Positions 40,087-48,172 of a stretch of 64,000 nt of DNA are shown here, piece by piece. Below the pieces are notes generated by a model, which did no database searches, had not been told where the DNA came from, and worked only from the letters and a program-made list of their open reading frames with translations. Source of the DNA: Psilocybe cubensis (taxonomy: Eukaryota); assembly GCA_017499595.2 (NCBI GenBank), contig CM039005.1, forward strand, positions 930,001 to 994,000. The letters are read 5' to 3'. How positions within the stretch are numbered: the stretch's first letter is position 1; every line of letters starts with the position of its first letter. Both the position numbers and the translations under genes were made by a program.

Positions 40087-40372
40087 TGTAGGGAAGGGGG
40101 CGAGTTCGAGAGAGGACAAAGTAGCCTGAGTACGGACAGAGTTTTGTAGATATTTATGTGTTTAGCACGGAAAGAGATGGGAAAAAAATAGGAAATATGA
40201 TTCGATACGTCCTTCGGTGTGTAACGACGTCTCCGGTAAGGTGCTAACTACTGACTACGCGTCTATGCTGTGGCCATATGGCGTCGACGATGCCAAGTGA
40301 GTGTGTCCGCAAGCGTCATGTGACGTGTTTGTTGTGAGTCGCGTCGCGCGCACGCGTATCCAAATCCCTACA
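40087..40372 (-). repeat. 3' LTR
   Basis: Base-for-base identical to 47887-48172, with an 8-bp terminal inverted repeat. Confidence 0.97.
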
Positions 40373-40385
40373 TCTCCCCCCCACT
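40373..40385 (-). other. Polypurine tract
   Basis: Sense-strand AGTGGGGGGGAGA directly precedes the 3' LTR. Confidence 0.85.
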
Positions 40386-40747
40386 TTAAATTTCAGGCTC
40401 CTGGCTGAAATTTCGGTTTCGGTTTCGAGTCTACATCCTGCGGCCCACTCCCTAGTGCTATTCGTGATATGGATCCATCCAGTCACGACCTGATATGTGG
40501 CCTGCTCAAGACCCAGTCTCAAGTGGCCTCTATCACCTCCTTTCCTCTCTATTCGGTCAGTCCTCCTCCCCTCGCCATTCATTCTTCCTTCTAACTCTCT
40601 AACTAGCTCTCTCCATTGTCTATATGCCCTCGCTCGTCGTCTCTCGTCTCCGATCTCACTCAATATCTTTTCTCTTCCAAATTTCTCTTTCCCTCCTCCC
40701 CCCTCTTTCACACCTCCTCCCCCCTCTTTTGCACCATCGCCCGCTCG

Positions 40748-43700
40748 CTATTCCTCGTCGCCGTCGAACTCCTCGCTGTTTAGGACCTCCGTGACCTCGA
40801 TGACCTGTCGATTCCGCGGATAATAGGGAATTAAACGAAATGCTGCGTATTTCAGCTTTGATTCAGCTCCATCGAGTTCTGCCAGACGGTATGAACCTCC
40901 TTCGGAGCGGCGTACGACGACAAGTGGTCCCATGTATCTCGGCTTGCCCTTCCTTCCCACTTCAGCCTCGACCTTCTTGTTCAAGACGAGCACTAGTTCT
41001 CCGGGTTGAAAATTATAATCAATGATCTTATGTTTGTTTTTCTCTTCAAATTCGGCAATGGACTGATATCTTCGCTTTAGAACACGTTCGTGGACCAGGG
41101 CTAGGTCGTCGTCGCGTCGCTCAAGTTGTCTTGCGCGCATACCGAGGAGTTCAGCGGTTGAAAGCGAACGGTCGATGTCCGGGAGTAGGAATGTTGCGTG
41201 AGTGAGGTCAAATGGTAGGAGCGGCTCGATTCCGTGCACAACATAGAATGGTGAGTACCCGATTGATTTCCTGATTGTAATTCGCTCAGCCCAGTACATG
41301 AATGCTACCCTCTCGTCCCACTTTTTCAAGGACCCGTCACCCGACTTGATCAGCGCTGTACGAATTGGGGTGTGCGTTGTTTCGACGACACCGTTCGCTC
41401 TCGAATTATAGCCAGAAATTCGAATATGGCTCACGTTGTATCGCTCGGCCAGCCATTCTAGTGCCGCCACGAATGGAGGTCCGTTATCCGTTATCATCTC
41501 AAATACTACTCCCCACCTCAACATCAACTTCATTAGAATGAAATTGCCTATCACCGCCGCCGTCTCCGTCTTCAACTTATCCCATTCTGGCCATGTCGAC
41601 ATCCCACATCTTGCTTGGACAATATATTTGTACCCGTTTGAGGGTGGCATGTGCATTGTGTCGATATGGCATCTGCAGAACAGCCTTTCGGGTATCATTA
41701 CGGTAGGTGGGATTACAACTTTCTCGAGCGACATCAATTGACATTGGTGACAGGTGTCGATGAACCATCGAATATCCTTATCAATTTTTGGCCACCAGTA
41801 GCGATCGGCAACGTTATGGCGAGTCGCAAAGTACCCTCGATGACCTAACATGTCATGTCCTTCGACTAGAACCTCAAGCCGGTCTTCTCCAAATAGCACG
41901 AGCTTGTGACGTATGCCGCTATCTCGACGCCATAATCTGTTCGCCTGGACAAAGAACCGACTGGCCTTCTTCACAAATCTCTTCAGTGCAACCCTATCGA
42001 GATTTGGTGGTGGTTTCAGTGTCTCCAGGTAAGTCTTGATTTGCATGAGCTCGTCGTCGAGTTGTCTGACTTCCTCTGTGTCTGGTAACCCTCCCTTTTC
42101 TGTCGCTTCCGCCATCTTTCTCTTGAATGCTGCTACCACTGCCTCCTCCACACTCATCACTTCTCCCTCTTTCGCTCCCTCGCTAATTTTAACCCCTGGT
42201 TCCTTCACCTTCACATCCATTCCTACTGCACCCTTCCCCTCGCTTCTCTTGTTCTTCCCTTTTAAACCTCGCTTTCCTATCCTCGGCCATTGATCTCCCT
42301 TCTTCCATCCCATTCCTGCCACTATCCACACCCCACATTGATACAACTCCTCCACCCACTGTTCTGCATCCTCCTCTGTCTCGTCCTCCTCGCCTTCAAC
42401 CTTCCGCCTCCGTGACAACCCATCTGGACCCTTGAAGTTCTTCCCAGGGACGTGGACCAGCTTGAAATCGAACATCAGAATGGCAGCAATCCATCGGTTC
42501 ATAGCTGCGTTTGGATGCGTATCAGGGTTATTGATCATACCCTTGATATATTTTGCGTCCACTTCGATGGTAAGATTTTGCACCCCAACAATCCAAATTT
42601 TGACTGAATGAATTGCTCGAAACAGGCCGTATAATTCCAGCTTTGCCTGCGAGTAGCGAGCTTCTCGTGGGTTCCATGGTATAGAACCGAACCGTGCAAT
42701 TATACGTGCGCCGTTTGCATCCAACTGCATGAGAATGAAACCAACTGCAATGTTTGAGGAGTCAACTTGAAGAATGACCGTAAAGCCACTCTTGTAATCG
42801 ATGGGGCGGATTGCTGGGCATGTCGTGACCGCAGTCTTCAGTGAATTCATTGCGTTTTGATGTTCCTTGTCCCATTTAAACTGAACTTGCTTCTTCGTTA
42901 GGTTGACCAATGGGATTGCAATCGCCGCAAAGTCCTTCACCCACTTCCTCACCACACCCGCCACTCCTAGAAAGCTTCGCACGTCGGTCGCGTTTTCGCA
43001 TGGTGGCCAGTTCTCAATTTTTATCACGCTCGACTTATCCGGTTTACGCCCTTCGTATGTCGATATCTGTCCCACTATCTTTGCTTCCGGCTGACACAAA
43101 ATCAGTTTCTTCGCAGATGCTGTGGCGCCAGCGTGTGCTAGTCTGTGAAGAACTCGATTCACGTCCATCAGGTGCTCCCACACAAACCTCCTCACTCCCG
43201 GATTCTCCTCCATCACCTCATAACCTCCGCCCGCCAACTCATACCTCGTCATTGGACCCAGGACCGCTATGTCATCGGAAAAATTCGGTGCAACTTCTGT
43301 TTCGTGTTGTAGGATGAATGCTACATCACGATGGAAGATTTGCAGCGAGTTTGTCCAACCTTGAGGCAACACAGTAAGCTGGTATGTTCCCGTTGGTGTT
43401 TCAAAGGCTGTTAACTCTCTCGACCGTTTGTCCAGCGTGTGGTGATCGTAACCCACGAAAAGGTCAATTGTTGTATAGATCGAGCGGCCGGCGCATTGCT
43501 CAGCATACAAATCAATCAATGGTGGTTGCGCAGAGTCTTTGATAGTGACTTCATTAAGCGGGACAAGGTTGTGCACAATGCGTAAGTCTTTTGATCCTTT
43601 CTTCTCGAACGTGATTGTTGCATGCCGATATGCACTTGTCGTAGGTTCTATGACACCAGCTTTTAACTTTTCGTCGATGAGCTTGTTGAACCGCTCTCGC

Positions 43701-46700
43701 AATGCTGGTGGAACTGGAAACGAGCGCTTTACCCAAGGTTCATGTTCGACGACCGGTATGACGACATCCGAGAAGTAGTCACTTCGAAATCTTCCTTTCT
43801 CAGCTTCCACCCATGCCAAACCTTTCTCGTTTGCTCGTAACACCGCCGCCACCACTTTCTTCTCTTCCTCCCACAAAAAATCATTCTCCTCCACTCCAAG
43901 CATCTTCCACCTCTCTTCTGTCAACCTTTCTCCTGGCTTAAATGGCCCTGGCGTCATTGGTATTGTCGGTAACGTCAACAGCGGGTCCTCTGGAAAGCGA
44001 CGTTGAACATTCGCATATTCTGGCATTGTTGTTGCAACCGGGTGAGTTTTCTTTGCTGCTGGCTTATACAACAATGTGTGCTGAACTTGATCATAGGTGA
44101 ATGTTGATCCTAGAAGCTCATTTGCGAGTTTTGTACGAGCTTGACTGTGCGCCATCATTACCACCTCCTCCACACTCAATTCCACCACCTCCTCTCTTGG
44201 TTGCTCTGCTCTTGCCTCCCTGTACATCAACACCTTCTTCACAACCTTCCTCGCTCGCTCTCTTGTTGGTATAACCTTTGCTTGACGTTGGTCTTTAGGA
44301 TCGTGCACAATCACATCTACCCGCCCATCGTTATGCTCAACCTTCCCTAGCCTCACGTACTTTTGCCACGGTCGTCCCAACAGCAACTCGAATGGGGCAT
44401 CGAGAGGTGCGATGAAAGCGTGTACCATTGATGCAATGCCTCCGACCTCAATCTCCATAAACTCGGCACATCCTCCCATCTCCTCCTTTTCGCCGGTCGC
44501 TGTTTCCATTGTCATTTGTTGCTCTTTGTTGACGCTGTGCCCTGTTCTCTCCCACAAGTCTTTCCTTATCACCACAATCTCTGACCCTTCATCTAACAAC
44601 CCGACCGATGCAACCGTCCCGCATACAACGACATCAATTTCCCGAAGTGGTGTACAGTATTCGAGTGTTGGCATCTTGAAGGTAGCCGCTCCTGTTGTTG
44701 CTGTCGTTGCTGACTTCTTTTCTGTATCCAATAGTGAGGTTTTGGGGAATGCCTCGTTAGGTACTCGCACAACCTTGAGTTTCTCAACCATTGTTTTTCG
44801 TACGTCCCCGCTGAGTGCGTAAATATCGCCGACCGTAACCTCAGGTATAATAGTTTTGAAGATTTTCTCTGCCATCTTCAAAGCCGCTTTTGGATCAGAT
44901 ATGCTGGACTCGTATGTGTATGCTTTCTCGTGTCCTCCTCGCTGAATGGCATTGGGATCGAAACGGATGTGTTTGATGTCAGTGTGGTGTCCTTCTCCCT
45001 CCTCCGCCCTTGCCTTTCCTTTTCTCTCCTTCATCTCTCTCTCTATCCTCTTTTCCTGCTCCTTCCTCCCGCTCTCCTCATCATCATCACCCGTCTTCTT
45101 CCCGCTTCGTGTCTGCAGCAATGCCTCCGCTGTGGCCACCTCTTGCCATGCCATCCACTCCACTTTGCCCTCGCTTTCGTACCCGTTCTCCCATGGGATC
45201 TCCTTCCACTCGTTTCGCACTTCCTCCACTGTTTTCTTCCGCCCGCTACTTGCTTCCACTTTCACTTGTTCTCCATTGCGCCCTGTGGTGTATGTCTTAG
45301 CGTTTCTGGTAGTCTGCGTATAATAACCGCTTGTTGCAACATTGACATGTGGTGGTTGATCCCTCTGCCACCCTTCTTGACCTGGGGTTGGAACTGCTGA
45401 CCCGAACCGCTTATCAACAGCGTCCTTCAAACTCTGCCCATATTCAAAACGGATAGGCTCTCCGTTTGCATATGTCAATCGAGCTGGAGTTCCAAACCAC
45501 ATGATGCGGCCAACTTTAACGTATTCGGCTGCGGCTACACAGTCACGTATGCGATGTTGTCCTTTTTTGCAGAAATAGCAGCTGTTTGAACTTGGGCCTG
45601 ACATACCCGCCTGGGCGTATTGTATTGGTGGTGGGATTTGCATTTGCGGAGCGGCGAATGTTTGTGCCTGCGTATGATAAGCCTGAGTTTGATACGTTGG
45701 TGCAAATTGTGGCTGATAGGGTGCGTGTACTGCCATGTTTGTTGCTGCCGCCTGCTGAGTTGTTGCCAGTAGTGTTGGTATCCAGATATGCGCGTTTGGG
45801 TCCATAGCACAGAGTTGACCGTAGGTTGCAGCATAATTTGCGTCGCCAACTTTCAATCCTGCTAGCTTGCGTGTCAAGTCACCAATATCCTCTTCTCGAG
45901 TCTTCTTCTTTGGTTCGCCAAATGAGACTCGTCGAGTTCGCACCACATCCTCCTCCTCTTTCACCTTTGCAATCTCCTCTTCCTTCCGCCTCTCTGATCT
46001 TGCCCTCAACTCCGCCAGCTCTCTATCCTTCTCCCTCTCCCTCTCCCTCTCTTTTTCTCTCTTTTTCTTCTTCTTCTCCTTTGCATCCCGTCGCTTCTCC
46101 TTTCTCCTCCTCTTCCTCCTCTCGTCCTCACTATCTGACGATTCAGTGTATGATTCTGATGTGTCCGATGACACAGACTCGGTTTCTGACTCGGTTTCTG
46201 AATCCAATGATGAATCCGATGAGCTGCTCTCATGTTTCTTCTTCCGCCGCTTTTCCTTCTTCTTCAGCTTCTTCTGTGCCCTCCTCAACTTCTCCTCTCG
46301 CTCAGCTCTCTTCCCTTTCCCTACATCCTCGTCTAATAACAGCCTCGCCGTTTTCAACACATCCTCCACCGCTGGAGCTGCCATCCTTCCCGTCAACCCT
46401 ATTTTCTTCCCCCCCATCTGCACTTCCACCCGGTCTTGAAGGCGAGGCGGTAAGCCCATCCAGAAGTACTCGTTCAATTCGTCTTCAGTGATCTCGCCTT
46501 GTTTGACTAGCCAGAGACCAATTGGTTCAAAGTTTTTATTGTACTCGGTGAGCTCGACACTGGTCCTGATGCCACTGCCCTTTGTCGCTTTGGCAATCAC
46601 TCTCGTCAAGTCGTCCACCGTGTAACTCCCACCCTTTGTCATCCACGGATATTCCTCCTTTAACTTCTCCTTCATTGCCTTGAAGCTCCGTGGTCGGTCC

Positions 46701-47704
46701 AATCGGTAACCCTTGAAAGTTTTCCAGAACTTCACATCTGACTCTTTCCTCAAATAGTCCACCACTGCCTCTGCCATCATCTCGTCATTTAACCCCGCCG
46801 TCTTTGCTAACCTTTCGAACTTCCCCAGAAAGTCCTCCAGCTCATCTACATCTCCTGACCAGCTAGGTGCTTTACTCGAGCCCGGCGCTGGCATCTCCTT
46901 CAAAAAGGTTGTCGTCGATCCTCCTGGTTGAACCATGTTGTTATTTGTCTTTGGTGCGTCCTTCTCTTCTTTCGATTCTTCTTTCTTCAATTCTCCTGAT
47001 TGGGATTCGGGTATAGGGACTTGTAACGACTTTGGTTCTTCTTTGTTGGATGTCTGGCTGTCTTGTTTAGCTGGAGCTGGTACGTCGGTTGCTTTGAACT
47101 CGTCTTGCTGTTGCTGATCTTCTTCGTCTTGCTTCGTTTCTTCTCCTACTTGCTGTTCCTTGTTAACGTCTTCTTTGTCTTCTTCTCCTGATTCTGACCT
47201 TGCCTCCGGCGACTCAGATCTGATAGATCTTGGTGGTGGATCTGATTCCTCGTTGAAATCGAGTTCTGGTAAGAAATCGCCGTCCGATGTTTGCCACTCT
47301 TTGGCGCTATCAAATTCGTCTTCACGAGGTTCGTCAACCGGCTCTTCAATCGACGCTAGTCGTGGTACACTTGGTGGTGTTGCAACAGACCACGCTCCTG
47401 GGAATGTACCTTGTGGAAATGAGAACCGATTGAATAACGGTGGTGGTGCGTGTCGAAACGAAAATTGGGTTGGCGTAGGTGTGATAGGGTCAGTATTTGG
47501 TGCGTTGACAGTGAGCTCGTTAGCGTCCTGTGGACTAACAGACGCAGATCGCTCCCTATAACTGACAGGTGCAATGTTGCGGCGATTTCGAGGTGCTTCC
47601 GAGGTGGGTAATAACGAGTTAGAACTGCTGGCTTTCGACGATGGTTTGTACTCAGATTCGTCGTCCTTTTTCTTCCCTTTCCTTGGAGCTAACTTGGGTA
47701 TCAC
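40748..47704 (-). CDS. Gag-Pol polyprotein in a single frame; first in-frame ATG at 46936
   Basis: Capsid-like APSWSGD...FERLA; zinc knuckle CYFCKKGQHRIRDC; protease LLDEGSEIV; RT IDLFVGY...LPQGWTNS...FSDD; RNase H VDSSNIAVG...YSQAKLELYGL; integrase HDMLGH...CHQC, HIDTM, TDNG, NGVVE and a GPY/F-like PRYMGP motif. Confidence 0.95.
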   Translation of the reverse strand: MIPKLAPRKGKKKDDESEYKPSSKASSSNSLLPTSEAPRNRRNIAPVSYRERSASVSPQDANELTVNAPNTDPITPTPTQFSFRHAPPPLFNRFSFPQGTFPGAWSVATPPSVPRLASIEEPVDEPREDEFDSAKEWQTSDGDFLPELDFNEESDPPPRSIRSESPEARSESGEEDKEDVNKEQQVGEETKQDEEDQQQQDEFKATDVPAPAKQDSQTSNKEEPKSLQVPIPESQSGELKKEESKEEKDAPKTNNNMVQPGGSTTTFLKEMPAPGSSKAPSWSGDVDELEDFLGKFERLAKTAGLNDEMMAEAVVDYLRKESDVKFWKTFKGYRLDRPRSFKAMKEKLKEEYPWMTKGGSYTVDDLTRVIAKATKGSGIRTSVELTEYNKNFEPIGLWLVKQGEITEDELNEYFWMGLPPRLQDRVEVQMGGKKIGLTGRMAAPAVEDVLKTARLLLDEDVGKGKRAEREEKLRRAQKKLKKKEKRRKKKHESSSSDSSLDSETESETESVSSDTSESYTESSDSEDERRKRRRKEKRRDAKEKKKKKREKEREREREKDRELAELRARSERRKEEEIAKVKEEEDVVRTRRVSFGEPKKKTREEDIGDLTRKLAGLKVGDANYAATYGQLCAMDPNAHIWIPTLLATTQQAAATNMAVHAPYQPQFAPTYQTQAYHTQAQTFAAPQMQIPPPIQYAQAGMSGPSSNSCYFCKKGQHRIRDCVAAAEYVKVGRIMWFGTPARLTYANGEPIRFEYGQSLKDAVDKRFGSAVPTPGQEGWQRDQPPHVNVATSGYYTQTTRNAKTYTTGRNGEQVKVEASSGRKKTVEEVRNEWKEIPWENGYESEGKVEWMAWQEVATAEALLQTRSGKKTGDDDEESGRKEQEKRIEREMKERKGKARAEEGEGHHTDIKHIRFDPNAIQRGGHEKAYTYESSISDPKAALKMAEKIFKTIIPEVTVGDIYALSGDVRKTMVEKLKVVRVPNEAFPKTSLLDTEKKSATTATTGAATFKMPTLEYCTPLREIDVVVCGTVASVGLLDEGSEIVVIRKDLWERTGHSVNKEQQMTMETATGEKEEMGGCAEFMEIEVGGIASMVHAFIAPLDAPFELLLGRPWQKYVRLGKVEHNDGRVDVIVHDPKDQRQAKVIPTRERARKVVKKVLMYREARAEQPREEVVELSVEEVVMMAHSQARTKLANELLGSTFTYDQVQHTLLYKPAAKKTHPVATTMPEYANVQRRFPEDPLLTLPTIPMTPGPFKPGERLTEERWKMLGVEENDFLWEEEKKVVAAVLRANEKGLAWVEAEKGRFRSDYFSDVVIPVVEHEPWVKRSFPVPPALRERFNKLIDEKLKAGVIEPTTSAYRHATITFEKKGSKDLRIVHNLVPLNEVTIKDSAQPPLIDLYAEQCAGRSIYTTIDLFVGYDHHTLDKRSRELTAFETPTGTYQLTVLPQGWTNSLQIFHRDVAFILQHETEVAPNFSDDIAVLGPMTRYELAGGGYEVMEENPGVRRFVWEHLMDVNRVLHRLAHAGATASAKKLILCQPEAKIVGQISTYEGRKPDKSSVIKIENWPPCENATDVRSFLGVAGVVRKWVKDFAAIAIPLVNLTKKQVQFKWDKEHQNAMNSLKTAVTTCPAIRPIDYKSGFTVILQVDSSNIAVGFILMQLDANGARIIARFGSIPWNPREARYSQAKLELYGLFRAIHSVKIWIVGVQNLTIEVDAKYIKGMINNPDTHPNAAMNRWIAAILMFDFKLVHVPGKNFKGPDGLSRRRKVEGEEDETEEDAEQWVEELYQCGVWIVAGMGWKKGDQWPRIGKRGLKGKNKRSEGKGAVGMDVKVKEPGVKISEGAKEGEVMSVEEAVVAAFKRKMAEATEKGGLPDTEEVRQLDDELMQIKTYLETLKPPPNLDRVALKRFVKKASRFFVQANRLWRRDSGIRHKLVLFGEDRLEVLVEGHDMLGHRGYFATRHNVADRYWWPKIDKDIRWFIDTCHQCQLMSLEKVVIPPTVMIPERLFCRCHIDTMHMPPSNGYKYIVQARCGMSTWPEWDKLKTETAAVIGNFILMKLMLRWGVVFEMITDNGPPFVAALEWLAERYNVSHIRISGYNSRANGVVETTHTPIRTALIKSGDGSLKKWDERVAFMYWAERITIRKSIGYSPFYVVHGIEPLLPFDLTHATFLLPDIDRSLSTAELLGMRARQLERRDDDLALVHERVLKRRYQSIAEFEEKNKHKIIDYNFQPGELVLVLNKKVEAEVGRKGKPRYMGPLVVVRRSEGGSYRLAELDGAESKLKYAAFRLIPYYPRNRQVIEVTEVLNSEEFDGDEE

Positions 47705-47866
47705 TTTCCCAGAAGAAGATCGAATTCCCGAGCCCTTCTTGAGAAAGGAGCCTCGAACCGGTTGGGATGTCGAACTTCCGCTGTTTGAGGCAATATTGAC
47801 AGTTCCTCAGTGACACGGGGTTTAACGGACAAGGGGGCGGGCAAAACCGGTTTTACTGGTTTTGTC

Positions 47867-47884
47867 CCCTCGCGGTGGGCTCCA
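47867..47884 (-). other. Primer-binding site (18 nt)
   Basis: TGGAGCCCACCGCGAGGG starts 2 nt after the 5' LTR. The TGG is complementary to a tRNA CCA end. Confidence 0.8.
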
Positions 47885-47886
47885 GA

Positions 47887-48172
47887 TGTAGGGAAGGGGG
47901 CGAGTTCGAGAGAGGACAAAGTAGCCTGAGTACGGACAGAGTTTTGTAGATATTTATGTGTTTAGCACGGAAAGAGATGGGAAAAAAATAGGAAATATGA
48001 TTCGATACGTCCTTCGGTGTGTAACGACGTCTCCGGTAAGGTGCTAACTACTGACTACGCGTCTATGCTGTGGCCATATGGCGTCGACGATGCCAAGTGA
48101 GTGTGTCCGCAAGCGTCATGTGACGTGTTTGTTGTGAGTCGCGTCGCGCGCACGCGTATCCAAATCCCTACA
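47887..48172 (-). repeat. 5' LTR
   Basis: Identical to 40087-40372. Confidence 0.97.

Larger units (their letters stand above)
40087..48172 (-). mobile_element. Intact Ty3/Gypsy LTR retrotransposon (8086 bp), no chromodomain seen
   Basis: Two identical 286-bp LTRs (TGTAGGGA...TCCCTACA), 4-bp TSD TTAC (40083-40086 and 48173-48176), PBS, PPT and one uninterrupted gag-pol ORF in PR-RT-RH-IN order. Confidence 0.97.

Noticed and set aside
40316-40711. 131-aa ORF after pol as an env-like gene
   Set aside because: Non-ATG start, runs into the LTR, no signal peptide or transmembrane segment. It reflects purine bias.
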